Assembly: GCA_963828465.1 (NCBI GenBank)
Contig: CAWHEU010000018.1
Coordinates: forward strand, 32,001-96,000
Direction: 5' to 3'
Source of the DNA: an uncultured Acidobacteriota bacterium
GTDB taxonomy: Bacteria > Actinomycetota > Acidimicrobiia > Spongiisociales > ZC4RG35
Length of the DNA: 64,000 nt
The notes under the pieces are model-generated. The model had not been told where the DNA came from. It saw only the letters and a list, made by a program, of their open reading frames with translations, and searched no databases. Positions 51,866-61,853 of the stretch are shown piece by piece; position 1 is the stretch's first letter; each line of letters opens with the position of its first letter. The position numbers were made by a program, and so were the translations under genes.

Positions 51866-52740
51866 TCCCGATCCGAGGGCCAGTTGGGCTGGACCAGATG
51901 CCACTGTTGAGGCGCCGCCCGTATCAAGGACTCCATCTCCACGGCGAGGGCTTGCGTCATCTTGCGCACCTTCTCACTCCGGGTTCCCTCGGCCGGGACC
52001 GGAATCGCCGGCCTGATCACCACGCGGTAGCCATCGTCCCCGTCGTAGTAGGAGGCGACCGGGAGCAGCGGAGCCCCTGTGCGAAGGGCGAGTGTGGCCG
52101 GGCCGGCGGGGAGCGTGGTCTCCTCGCCGAAAAAGACCACCTCCACGCCGCGGCGCTTCAGATCGCGGTCGGCAAGGAGGGCCACGGCCTTGTTGGCCGC
52201 GAGCGCGGACTCCAACTTCCTCATCACCTCGGTTCCCCCGGTGGCGAGGACGACCTCGATCCCGAAATCGGCCCGCATCTTGGTGAACCAACCAGTGATC
52301 CGGCGATTGGGCAGGTTCTCGGCTACTGCGACCACCGGCACCTTCTCGTCGACGGAGACCGGGGCGGCCACCTCCCAATTGCCGACATGGGGCAACCCGT
52401 AGATCATCCCACGTCCTTCTTCCCGCGCCCCGATTATCTGCTCCGCGCCGTCCACGATCGTGTGAGATCGAAGCTCATCGACCCTCTTTCCTCGGGCCCA
52501 GAGCGCCTCGGCGTAATACCGGCCGTAGGACTTCATCACCGATCGGGCCGCTCGAACGGCTTGGGCTTCGTCACCGAGGACCCGCCTCATGTGCCGCTCG
52601 GCCATGCTGCGCCGGCCCTTGGCGGTGGCGTGCCAGACCCGTCCGCCAACACGTCCCAGGGACCGAGCAGCCGAGGCAGGAAGCAGGCCGATGAGCCCCG
52701 CGCCGGCGCGGAGGGCGAGATAGCCGGGAAGTTCGCTCAC
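51862..52740 (-). CDS. phosphatidylinositol mannoside acyltransferase (PatA-like)
   Basis: PHVGNWE, LLADRDL, FFG..PAGPATLA, QWHLVQPNW; GTG overlaps the pgsA stop. Confidence 0.9.
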   Translation of the reverse strand: MSELPGYLALRAGAGLIGLLPASAARSLGRVGGRVWHATAKGRRSMAERHMRRVLGDEAQAVRAARSVMKSYGRYYAEALWARGKRVDELRSHTIVDGAEQIIGAREEGRGMIYGLPHVGNWEVAAPVSVDEKVPVVAVAENLPNRRITGWFTKMRADFGIEVVLATGGTEVMRKLESALAANKAVALLADRDLKRRGVEVVFFGEETTLPAGPATLALRTGAPLLPVASYYDGDDGYRVVIRPAIPVPAEGTRSEKVRKMTQALAVEMESLIRAAPQQWHLVQPNWPSDRE

Positions 52741-53315
52741 TCGAAAGAACGGTAGGTGTCGATGAATCGCATCAAGGCGGTTATCCACACCAGGATCACG
52801 AAGATCCAGAGCATCGGCTCGACAAAACCGAGAAGCAACCCGACGGTGAAGAGGAGCACTCTCTCGGCGCGACCCATGATCCCCGCCTTGCCATTGAAGC
52901 CCTCGACCTCGGCCCGGCTTCGGACATAGGGGACGAGCATGGCGCCACCGATGGCGAGGACGATCAGGAGGAGAGCCGCTGCATCACCGGTCTCGCGGGC
53001 AATGGCGACGCCGAGCCCGGCAAACGCCGCTATCTCACCGATACGGTCGAACACCGAGTCCAGGAAGGCACCCCGGGCGGTGACCATCCCCGCAGCACGG
53101 GCCACAGAGCCATCGAGACCATCGAGAATCGAGCCGACCAGCACGATGATCGCACCGGAGCGCAATGCGCCTGTTGAGATCACTATCGAGCCCACGATGA
53201 CGATGGCGAGCCCGAGCGCGGTCATCGCGGTCGGAGTGACCCCGATGGAGGCCAGAGCCTTGCCAATGGGCTCGAGAAAGCGGGTGACCCGGGGTCGCAC
53301 CCTTGTGTCGATCAC
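52737..53315 (-). CDS. pgsA: CDP-alcohol phosphatidyltransferase (phosphatidylinositol phosphate synthase)
   Basis: DGLDGSVAR...GAFLDSVFDR motif; YVRSRAE; RAER. Confidence 0.92.
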   Translation of the reverse strand: MIDTRVRPRVTRFLEPIGKALASIGVTPTAMTALGLAIVIVGSIVISTGALRSGAIIVLVGSILDGLDGSVARAAGMVTARGAFLDSVFDRIGEIAAFAGLGVAIARETGDAAALLLIVLAIGGAMLVPYVRSRAEVEGFNGKAGIMGRAERVLLFTVGLLLGFVEPMLWIFVILVWITALMRFIDTYRSFE

Positions 53316-53398
53316 GACGGAGCAAAGTAGCAGGCCCGACCTTGTGGTCCGGTCCTGGGGCAGGGTTAGGATCGGCGACTCGCACGAAGTGGAGGTCA

Positions 53399-55453
53399 AT
53401 GTTGTTACCCGAGAAAGTTCGCAACGTCGCCCTCGTCGGTCATGGCGGGAGCGGCAAGACGACTCTCGCCGAAGCCCTCCTCTTCGTCGGTGGCGCCACG
53501 AACAGACGAGGAACCGTGGAACAGGGCACGACCGTGCTCGACTTCGAGCCCGAGGAGGTCGACCGGGGCATCTCGCTCGGGTTGGGAGTAGCGACCTTCA
53601 ACTGGAACGAACATCGCATCAACCTGATCGACACGCCCGGCTCCAGCGACTTCTCGGGTGATGCGCGTGCCGCGCTAAGAGCCGTCGACCTCGCACTCTT
53701 CGTGATATCCGGTGTCGATGGCGTAGAGGTTCAGACCGAACAACTCTGGAAGGTCGCCGAGGAGGAGGGCATCCCACGGGCTGTCGTGGTGACCAAGCTC
53801 GACCGCGACCGGTCCTCCTTCGAGCGAACCCTGGATCAATTGCGAGACTCGTTCGGCAAGGCGATCGCCCCCATCCAGGTTCCGATCGGGAGCGAAGACG
53901 GCCTGCGGGGACTGGTGCGGGTGGCCTCCGAGCGCGCCTACGAGTACGCCGAGGACGAGAAGGACGGGAAGGAGGTCGACCTGCCCTCCGAGGTCGAGGA
54001 ATTGGTCCATGCCGCTCATACCGCCCTCGTCGAGACGGTTGTGGAGACGGACGACGAGATGATGGAGGCCTATTTCGAAGGCAAGGAGCCCTCCCGGGAG
54101 CAGATCGTGACCACGATCCACAAGGGGATCGTCGCCGGCGACATCCAACCCGTCCTGGTCGCGTCGGCCGAGAGGCTCATAGGCATCGACCTGCTCGCCG
54201 AGTTCATCGTGGACTACGGACCCAACCCGTTGGAGCGAACGCTCCCCGCCCTGACCAGCGGAGACCCGACTCCGCCGTCCACCGACGGCCCGACCGCCGC
54301 CTTCGTCTTCAAATCCGTGTCCGACCCGTTCGTCGGGCGCATCTCCCTGTTTCGGATCTACTCGGGTTCGGTCAAGGCGGACCAGGAGCTGGATGTGGCC
54401 GGCGGGGGCAAGGTGAGGCTCCACAACCTCTTCAAGCTCCAGGGCAAGGAGCACAACGACGTGCCGGATCTCCCCACCGGAGGGATCGGGGCAGTGGCCA
54501 AGGTGGACAACTTGAGGGTCGGCGACACCTTGCGCAGCAGCGGCAGCAACATCACGATCGCCCCCATCTCTTATCCCCGACCCGTCGCCGAAGTCGCGAT
54601 CACTCCAAGATCCCATCACGACGAGGAAAAGCTCTCCACCGCCCTGCATCGGATCGAGGAGGAGGACCCGACGATCCGCGTCGAACGCCGATCCGATACC
54701 GGTGAAACCATCCTCGCCGGTCTCGGCGACACCCATCTCGACGTCACGGTTGCCCGGATCCACAGGAAGTTCGGTGTCGATGTCGACACCGCGCTCCCCA
54801 TCATCCCCTACCGGGAGACGATCACCACCAGCGCCCAAGCCGAGGGCAAGCACAAGAAACAATCCGGGGGGCGGGGTCAGTTTGGTGTCGCTCTGGTCAA
54901 ATTCGCCCCGCTGCCCAGAGGCTCCGGGTACGAGTACATCGACTCGATCAAAGGTGGGTCGATTCCCCGACAGTTCATTCCCGCCGTCGACAAAGGCATC
55001 CAGGAGGCCCTGAATAGGGGGGTCCTCGCCGGTTACCCCGTCATCGACATCTCAGCCGAGGTCTACGACGGCAAGTACCACGCAGTCGACTCCGATGAGA
55101 TGTCGTTTCGGATGGCTGGTATCCAGGCCGTGAGGGCGGCTACCCAGGACCTCAAGCCGATCCTGCTCGAGCCGGTCATGAAGGTAAACGTCACCGTGCC
55201 CGAGGATCATCTCGGTGACGTGATGGGAGACATCAACTCCAAGCGTGGGAAGGTGCTCGGGATGGAGGGCGATGGCACATTGCGGTCAGTGATCGCCGAG
55301 GTGCCCATGGCCGAGATACAACAGTATGCGGCGGAACTGCGATCATTGACGTCGGGCAGAGGAAGCTTCGACGTGGAGTTCGATCACTACGCCGAAGTGC
55401 CGCATAACGAGGCGCAGCAGGTGATTGCCGCGTCTCGGGACGCAGAGGACTGA
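53399..55453 (+). CDS. fusA: elongation factor G-like protein (EF-G2)
   Basis: ATG at 53399 after GGAGG; GHGGSGKTT, DTPG, TKLD, KKQSGGRGQFG, DSDEMSF; lies outside the str operon next to the PIM cluster. Confidence 0.93.
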   Translation: MLLPEKVRNVALVGHGGSGKTTLAEALLFVGGATNRRGTVEQGTTVLDFEPEEVDRGISLGLGVATFNWNEHRINLIDTPGSSDFSGDARAALRAVDLALFVISGVDGVEVQTEQLWKVAEEEGIPRAVVVTKLDRDRSSFERTLDQLRDSFGKAIAPIQVPIGSEDGLRGLVRVASERAYEYAEDEKDGKEVDLPSEVEELVHAAHTALVETVVETDDEMMEAYFEGKEPSREQIVTTIHKGIVAGDIQPVLVASAERLIGIDLLAEFIVDYGPNPLERTLPALTSGDPTPPSTDGPTAAFVFKSVSDPFVGRISLFRIYSGSVKADQELDVAGGGKVRLHNLFKLQGKEHNDVPDLPTGGIGAVAKVDNLRVGDTLRSSGSNITIAPISYPRPVAEVAITPRSHHDEEKLSTALHRIEEEDPTIRVERRSDTGETILAGLGDTHLDVTVARIHRKFGVDVDTALPIIPYRETITTSAQAEGKHKKQSGGRGQFGVALVKFAPLPRGSGYEYIDSIKGGSIPRQFIPAVDKGIQEALNRGVLAGYPVIDISAEVYDGKYHAVDSDEMSFRMAGIQAVRAATQDLKPILLEPVMKVNVTVPEDHLGDVMGDINSKRGKVLGMEGDGTLRSVIAEVPMAEIQQYAAELRSLTSGRGSFDVEFDHYAEVPHNEAQQVIAASRDAED

Positions 55454-55473
55454 ACGCTCAGGAAAGGACTGGA

Positions 55474-56763
55474 ATGACAGACGCCGTCATCCGATTTCGC
55501 GACAAAGAGTCTCAGCTCGATGTGATCGAGAGTGTCGAGGGCCAGGTCGCGGCGGATATCGGCAGGCTGAGAAGGGACCTGGGGCTGACCACTCTCGATC
55601 GTGGCTTTGCCAACACCGCCGAGAGTGTCTCGGCGGTCTCCTACGTCGGTGGCGATGAGGGCGTCCTCCACTACAGGGGCTATTTGATCGAGGAGCTCGC
55701 CGAGCAGGCGACTTTCCTCGAGGTCGCCTATCTCCTCCAGTACGGGGAGCTGCCCACCAAGGCAGAGCTCGAGGCCTACGAGGAGTCGATCTCTCTTCAC
55801 ACCCTGCTTCGGGAGGACATGAAGCACCTCTTCGAGGCTTTCCCTCACAGCGCCCATCCGATGCAGATCCTCGCCTCGGCCACGTCGGCTCTGGCCACCT
55901 ACTACCCCGACGCCCTCGACCCCCACGACGAAGAAGCGGTCGATATCAGCGCCCGACGATTGATCGCCAAGACGCCGACCATGATCGCCTGGTCGTACAA
56001 GTACTCCGTTCACCAGCCTTACATCTACCCGCAGAACGACCTCGACTACCTGTCCAACTTCCTGCACCTGATGTTCTCGGTCCCGGCGGAGCCGTACACC
56101 GCGGATCCCGTCGTGGCACGTGCTCTCAACATGCTCCTCGTTCTTCATGCCGACCACGGACAGAACTGCTCGACATCGGCAGTGCGTCTCGTGGGGTCGA
56201 GCCAGGCGAACCTGTTCAGCTCGGTGGCTGCCGGGATCCATGCCCTATCCGGCCCGCTGCACGGCGGAGCCAACCAAGAGGTCCTCGAGATGCTCGAGGA
56301 GATCGTGGCCGCTGGAGGAGACGTGGCGCCCTTCGTGGCCAGGGCGAAAGACAAGGACGACCCGTTTCGGCTCATGGGGTTCGGCCACCGCGTCTACAAG
56401 AACTTCGACCCCAGAGCCCGGATCATCAAGCGTGCCGCCGACGACGTGCTCGACGCTCTGGGTATCGACGACGATCCCCTACTCGACGTCGCCATGCAGC
56501 TCGAAGAGGTCGCCCTGTCGGATGACTACTTCGTCGAGCGAAAGCTCTATCCCAACGTCGATTTCTACTCGGGGATCATCTACCGGGCGATCGGGTTCCC
56601 CACCGACATGTTCACTGTGCTGTTCGCCCTGGGCCGCTTGCCCGGGTGGATTTCCCAGTGGCGGGAATTGCTCGCCGACCCGACGACGAGGATCTTCCGC
56701 CCCACCCAGGTCTACGTCGGGCCGGATCGACGACCCTATGTCCCGATCGGGGACCGCTCCTAG
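55474..56763 (+). CDS. gltA: citrate synthase (type II)
   Basis: LHYRGY, HADHGQNCST, GPLHGGAN, MGFGHRVYK, YPNVDFYSG. Confidence 0.98.
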   Translation: MTDAVIRFRDKESQLDVIESVEGQVAADIGRLRRDLGLTTLDRGFANTAESVSAVSYVGGDEGVLHYRGYLIEELAEQATFLEVAYLLQYGELPTKAELEAYEESISLHTLLREDMKHLFEAFPHSAHPMQILASATSALATYYPDALDPHDEEAVDISARRLIAKTPTMIAWSYKYSVHQPYIYPQNDLDYLSNFLHLMFSVPAEPYTADPVVARALNMLLVLHADHGQNCSTSAVRLVGSSQANLFSSVAAGIHALSGPLHGGANQEVLEMLEEIVAAGGDVAPFVARAKDKDDPFRLMGFGHRVYKNFDPRARIIKRAADDVLDALGIDDDPLLDVAMQLEEVALSDDYFVERKLYPNVDFYSGIIYRAIGFPTDMFTVLFALGRLPGWISQWRELLADPTTRIFRPTQVYVGPDRRPYVPIGDRS

Positions 56764-57251
56764 ACCCTCTCGACCGGTTCGATGTACGGCTCCTCGGCGA
56801 TCTCGCCTGACACTGCATCGACAACCACCAGGGCGCGCTGGTCTGGCGGCTCCGACGCCGAGTAGAGCACGACACTCCAGCGTGGCCGCGAACGAATGCC
56901 TTGGAAGGTGACCGCTGCCGAGGCATGCCCGACAGGGAAGCCGACTGCCGCGCCGGCTATCGAGAGCGCCCGGGCCTCATCGACAGCCAGGGGCCACGCC
57001 GAGGCGAAGTTCCATGCGGCAAGACCCAAGAGCCCGATGGCCGGCACCCAGCCATCGTCGATCAACAACACCGCGAGCACCGCTGCCACGACGAAGACCC
57101 ACCCTGCGATCCGTCGCCGCGTCGGGGACGGGAACCGGTAGGGAGCCTCGACGTTCGAGTCGAGCTCCTCCTCGATCGCCAGGGAATCGGCCAGGTCCCG
57201 CTCGATGTGGATCCCCGATCGGTCGACCCGCGGCTCCCCCGGGTCGGTCAT
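56760..57251 (-). CDS. hypothetical membrane protein with PepSY-like C-terminus
   Basis: ATGA-coupled to thrS; two TM segments; WSVVLY..LVVVDAVSGEI. Confidence 0.75.
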   Translation of the reverse strand: MTDPGEPRVDRSGIHIERDLADSLAIEEELDSNVEAPYRFPSPTRRRIAGWVFVVAAVLAVLLIDDGWVPAIGLLGLAAWNFASAWPLAVDEARALSIAGAAVGFPVGHASAAVTFQGIRSRPRWSVVLYSASEPPDQRALVVVDAVSGEIAEEPYIEPVERV

Positions 57252-59185
57252 GAACCAGGGGCTTTCGCCATGGTGGCGAGACGATTGGTCGCTTCGATCA
57301 GCGGCACTCCCCGCGTGTCCCGCTCCTCTCCGTAGAGCCTGAGGCCGACGGTGGAGCCGGACACGTCGTCATCGCCGACGACTATGACCGCGGGGTGCTT
57401 GTGGGTGAGAGCTTTGCGGATCTTCTCGCCGACCGTGTCGTCGGAACTGTCGACCTCGACCCGGAGCCCGGCATCCAGGAGCCGCTCCGCAACCTGATCG
57501 GCGTACTCATGGTGACGATCCGCCACCGGCACGACGGATACCTGGACAGGCGCCAGCCACATCGGGAATGCTCCTGCGTGATGCTCGATCAGCACACCCA
57601 TGAACCGCTCGAGCGAGCCGGCCTTGGCGCAATGGATCATGTAGGGGCGCTCGGAGACATTCCCTGCAGCGGTGTACTCCAGGCCAAACCGCTCGGGCAG
57701 GATCAGGTCGAGTTGGATCGTGGACAGCTGCCACCTGCGGCCGATGGCATCCTTGACGTGCATGTCGATCTTCGGGCCGTAGAAGGCACCCTCCCCGGGG
57801 GCTATGCGGAAGCTGACCCCGGAGTCCTCCAACGCCTTGGCCAGGGTCTTCTCGGCGAAATCCCATCGATCCTGCTCACCGGCCGGGGCCTTCTCCGGCT
57901 GTGTGCTCAGATCGGCCTCGATCTCGCTGAACCCGGCATCCCTGAGCCAAGTCAGCACGAAGTCGAGGTGCATGGCCAGCTCGGATCCCAGCTGGCCGCC
58001 GGTACAGAAGGTGTGAGAGTCGTCCTGGGTGAAGCCACGGGCCCGGAGCAGGCCGTGGACCACGCCGGACTTCTCGTAGCGGTAGACGGCGCCGAGCTCG
58101 GAAAGACGGACCGGAAGATCGCGGTATGACCTCGGCCTGCTCTTGTAGACGAGGATGTGGAACGGGCAGTTCATCGGCTTGACCCGGTATTCCTGCTCGT
58201 TGTCGAGCTCCATGCCCGGGAACATGTATTCGGCGTAGTAGTCGAGATGGCCCGAGGTCCACCACAAGTCGGACTTGGCCAGATGCGGCGTGAAGACGAA
58301 GTCGAACCCGAATCGCTGATGGAGCTCGCGGCTGTGGTCCTCGACGACTTTGCGGAGCATCCCTCCCTTCGGGTGCCAGACGACCAGGCCAGATCCGAGC
58401 TCGGGCGGGAAACTGAAAAGGTCGAGCTCGGCACCGAGCCGGCGATGATCACGCTTCTCTGCTTCTTCCAACTGGGTCAGGTATGCGTCGAGCTCCTTCG
58501 CGGACGGCCAGGCGGTGCCATAGATCCGTTGCAATTGATCTCGCTTCTCGTCACCCCTCCAGTACGCCCCGGAGCTACGAAGCAGCTTTATCGATGGGAT
58601 CCTTCCGGTGGAAGGGAGATGAGGTCCACGACAAAGGTCGACGAAGTCGATGTTCCGGTAGACGGTGACGTCCTCACCGGGGGTGACCTCACTCGGCTCC
58701 ACACTCTCGATGATCTCCGTCTTGAAAGGGTGTGCGCCAAAAATGGCGAGGGCATCGGACCTGGAAAGGGCTTCACGCTCGAATGGTTGGTCTTGAGAGA
58801 TGATCTCCTTCATCCGCGACTCGATGCGCTCGAGATCGTCAGGCGTGAACGGTTCGTGGACCTTGAAGTCGTAGTAGAAGCCATTCTCGATCGCTGGCCC
58901 GATGGCAAACGTCGAGCCCTCGAACAGGTCGAGGACTGCCTGGGCAAGCACGTGCGCCGATGAGTGGCGAAGGACGTCTAGACCCTCTTCGCTGTCGAGA
59001 GTCACGACCGCGAAATCACCCGATTCGTCGAGCGGGCGGCTCAGATCTCTGAGGTCACCATTCAATTTGACCGCCACTGCAGACCGGGCCAGCCCGGGAC
59101 CGATGGACTCCGCGACTTCGAGACCGGTGACACCATCGGGGTGCTCGAACACGGTTCCGTCGGGATAACGAAGCTCTAGTGACAC
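57248..59185 (-). CDS. thrS: threonine--tRNA ligase
   Basis: TGS domain, RHSSAH, DLCRGPH, RDHRRLG, KPMNCP, AFYGPKID, GSLERF. Confidence 0.99.
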   Translation of the reverse strand: MSLELRYPDGTVFEHPDGVTGLEVAESIGPGLARSAVAVKLNGDLRDLSRPLDESGDFAVVTLDSEEGLDVLRHSSAHVLAQAVLDLFEGSTFAIGPAIENGFYYDFKVHEPFTPDDLERIESRMKEIISQDQPFEREALSRSDALAIFGAHPFKTEIIESVEPSEVTPGEDVTVYRNIDFVDLCRGPHLPSTGRIPSIKLLRSSGAYWRGDEKRDQLQRIYGTAWPSAKELDAYLTQLEEAEKRDHRRLGAELDLFSFPPELGSGLVVWHPKGGMLRKVVEDHSRELHQRFGFDFVFTPHLAKSDLWWTSGHLDYYAEYMFPGMELDNEQEYRVKPMNCPFHILVYKSRPRSYRDLPVRLSELGAVYRYEKSGVVHGLLRARGFTQDDSHTFCTGGQLGSELAMHLDFVLTWLRDAGFSEIEADLSTQPEKAPAGEQDRWDFAEKTLAKALEDSGVSFRIAPGEGAFYGPKIDMHVKDAIGRRWQLSTIQLDLILPERFGLEYTAAGNVSERPYMIHCAKAGSLERFMGVLIEHHAGAFPMWLAPVQVSVVPVADRHHEYADQVAERLLDAGLRVEVDSSDDTVGEKIRKALTHKHPAVIVVGDDDVSGSTVGLRLYGEERDTRGVPLIEATNRLATMAKAPGS

Positions 59186-59286
59186 GGGGTTATCTCGCTA
59201 GCCTGGGCGGGCACAGAAGGCTAACTGGCTCGAATACGCAACCGAGCCGGTCATCAGGTCACCCGTGACAGGGGGAACAACAGCGT

Positions 59287-60114
59287 ATGGATGCCAGAGA
59301 GCTCGTGACGAAGCTTCACCCGGACGGGTTGGTCAGAGAGCTGTCCTCCGGAGCCAACAAGGTCTTTCGGGTCATCGACGCCGAGCGGAGCACCATCGTG
59401 AAGGTCTACCCGGTCACGTCACGGGAGCGGCGGGAGCGGCACGCCCTCGAGGCACTCGCAGCCATACCTTCGGTGCCCCGGATCATCAACCACGGGACCG
59501 AAGGCGAAATGGCCTGGCTCGAGATGAATGACGGCGGCCACTGGAACCTGGCCAATCTCCCCAAGAACCTCGATTCGATCGAAGCATCCGGCGCGGCGCT
59601 GCGTGACATCCACACTTCCAACGCTGACATCACGAACCTGGCCGCCGGCATCGATTCCGACTATGTGCTCAGTCACTACAGGTCGACCATCGAACGGTTG
59701 GGTCGTTATCGCCGCCGATTCGGTATGGATCAGGTGGTGCTCGACAAGGCGCTCGAACTGGAGCCACCCATGGCCACCGCCCCCGTGCCTGCCCATACCA
59801 AGCCGACTCTCTCTAAGTTCATCATCAACGAGGAGGGCACGATCACCATCGTCGACTGGGAATGGGCAACCCGGGCCCCGCGCGAATGGGACCTGGCCTT
59901 GGCGGTTTGGCGTCTGTCTTCGCGTATCGGGGAAGATGCATCGGCGGCGTTTCGGAGCGGGTACGGGGCAGAGCTCCCCGAGAGCCAGTATCGGCCTTGG
60001 GTGGCCTATCACGCTGCCATGATGATGCTCGAGGCCGCCGAGGTCCGTGAGGGCCGGCTTGGCGACCTCGGCTACCTGGTCGACGACTTGACCGAGGCCG
60101 TCCTCGGCACCTAA
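59287..60114 (+). CDS. aminoglycoside phosphotransferase/choline kinase-fold protein, degenerate catalytic loop
   Basis: SSGANKVFRV, IVKVY, RERHAL, VPRII, LRDIH, IVDWEWA, WDLA; HxD is replaced by HTK. Confidence 0.85.
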   Translation: MDARELVTKLHPDGLVRELSSGANKVFRVIDAERSTIVKVYPVTSRERRERHALEALAAIPSVPRIINHGTEGEMAWLEMNDGGHWNLANLPKNLDSIEASGAALRDIHTSNADITNLAAGIDSDYVLSHYRSTIERLGRYRRRFGMDQVVLDKALELEPPMATAPVPAHTKPTLSKFIINEEGTITIVDWEWATRAPREWDLALAVWRLSSRIGEDASAAFRSGYGAELPESQYRPWVAYHAAMMMLEAAEVREGRLGDLGYLVDDLTEAVLGT

Positions 60115-60191
60115 CCGCCTTCGACCGCCAAATCCACGGTTTTCGCGACCTCCTCTCTTAGCCTCATACGGCTGACACAAGGAGGACGGAC

Positions 60192-60398
60192 GTGTTGGAA
60201 GCATTGGTCGCGGTCACAGCGACGACAGGTCTGTTCGCCCTGGCGAAGGGGATACGGGGCAACCATCAATACCGGGTCGATCCACGGTTGGTTGTTCCAC
60301 GGGACGAGCGAGGCGACGACCTGCCCTGCCCATGGTGTTATGGGCCGACCTATGAGGAGGACACCCGCTGTTCGGGGTGCGGCCGTTCATTCGGCTGA
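60192..60398 (+). CDS. small protein with N-terminal hydrophobic segment and C4 zinc ribbon
   Basis: Strong SD AAGGAGG; CPWC...CSGC. Confidence 0.75.
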   Translation: MLEALVAVTATTGLFALAKGIRGNHQYRVDPRLVVPRDERGDDLPCPWCYGPTYEEDTRCSGCGRSFG

Positions 60399-60449
60399 AT
60401 GGGGCGCTAGCCCCGTAGAAAGGCCCGACAACCGATTTAGGGTGTAGAC

Positions 60450-61427
60450 GTGAGCAGGGTAGGACTGGTGCTCGGCGGTGGGGGGATCACCGGCGCGGCC
60501 TATGAGATGGCCGCCCTGATGTCGATTCGCCTCGCCACCGGCTGGGATCCGGATCAGGCAGATGTCGTCGTTGGCACCTCGGGTGGCGCCTTCGTCACTG
60601 CTCTGGTCAGGAACGATGCGCTCACACTCGATTCCCTGGTCATGCCCAGCGACGATCGCGACGATGTCGCCGAGAGGATCCGGGGGCATGTCTTCACGAA
60701 GAACGGTGGTGTCCAGGTTCGGCATTGGGTCCGACACGGGATCGTCCCCGGCTTGCGAGACCCCGGCCTGACTCTCTTCCTCGGCTCTCCGGCTCCGTAC
60801 CAGGCCACCGGAGTCACCGAGTGGGTGACCAACCAGATCGGCGAAGAGTGCGCCAGTCGGTGGCCGGCGAGGCCTACTGCTGTCGTCGCCTTCGATATCG
60901 CCGCACGACGTCGTGTGGTCTTCGGCGCCGAATCGGCACCCGAGGCCGGCATGGCGGACGCTGTCGCTGCCTCCTCGGCGATTCCGCTCCTGTTCAGACC
61001 CTACCCGATCGATGGGCGTCTCTATGTCGATGGCGGTGTGGTCTCGGGCACGCATGCCGACGTGGTGCTCGGCTCAGAGAAGCCTTTGGACCTCGTGCTC
61101 GTTCTTGCCCCGATGGCAGCCGACGTCTCACGCAAACGTGCTCGCTTTCACGAGAAGATGTTCGACCGGGTCGGGCAGCGATCCCTGACCGAGGAGATCG
61201 CCCTCATCAAGGAAGCGTGGCCACACTGCGAGGTCGTCGTGCTGAGCCCATCTCCATCTGTCCAGAACTCCATGCGTCCCAATCCGATGGACTCACGGCG
61301 GGCCGTGGCGACCTTCATGCGAACTCTGATCTCTATGAAGCGCACGCTGGCCCTGCCCGAGGTTTGGGACCGCCTCGAAGATCACCTCCGCCCACGGGCT
61401 CGTTCGAGGCGAATCCCCGTCCGATAG
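60450..61427 (+). CDS. patatin-like phospholipase
   Basis: LGGGGITG, GTSGG, ASSAIP, YVDGG. Confidence 0.93.
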   Translation: MSRVGLVLGGGGITGAAYEMAALMSIRLATGWDPDQADVVVGTSGGAFVTALVRNDALTLDSLVMPSDDRDDVAERIRGHVFTKNGGVQVRHWVRHGIVPGLRDPGLTLFLGSPAPYQATGVTEWVTNQIGEECASRWPARPTAVVAFDIAARRRVVFGAESAPEAGMADAVAASSAIPLLFRPYPIDGRLYVDGGVVSGTHADVVLGSEKPLDLVLVLAPMAADVSRKRARFHEKMFDRVGQRSLTEEIALIKEAWPHCEVVVLSPSPSVQNSMRPNPMDSRRAVATFMRTLISMKRTLALPEVWDRLEDHLRPRARSRRIPVR

Positions 61428-61490
61428 CTCGACGGGCATTCTCACTCTCGCTGCGCCGGACTACTTTGTCTGTCAACGAGAGGAGCCTCC

Positions 61491-61847
61491 GTGGCTGTCA
61501 GACCCACTCATTTCGAGTTCTACTCGGCCGATCCCCGAGCCACCGTCGAGTTTCTCACCACCGTGTTCGGGTGGCGGGTCGAGCAGTGGGAGGATCAGGA
61601 ATACTGGCTCGTCGACACCGGTGATGGACCGGGGATCAATGGCGCCGTGGCCCTTGCCGGTGATGATGGCCCGAAGACGCTCAACACCTGCGACGTGGAG
61701 GATCTGGATGCTGCCATCGAGGCGGTCCAGATCGGAGGCGGGCAGCTCTTGACCGATGTCATGGAATTGCCCGGCGTGGGTCGATGGGTCCAGGTCGAAG
61801 GGCCCGGTGGCGAGGAGTTCGGTCTGATGGAGCCGACCCGAGACTGA
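61491..61847 (+). CDS. VOC/glyoxalase family protein
   Basis: THFEF, VFGW, GINGA, VEDLDAA, PGVG, FGLME. Confidence 0.9.
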   Translation: MAVRPTHFEFYSADPRATVEFLTTVFGWRVEQWEDQEYWLVDTGDGPGINGAVALAGDDGPKTLNTCDVEDLDAAIEAVQIGGGQLLTDVMELPGVGRWVQVEGPGGEEFGLMEPTRD

Positions 61848-61853
61848 CCCCTG

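Noticed and set aside
59224-59251. Inverted repeat ACTGGCTCG..CGAGCCGGT between thrS and the kinase-like gene
   Set aside because: A single hairpin with no tRNA-like or T-box features; I cannot assign a function.
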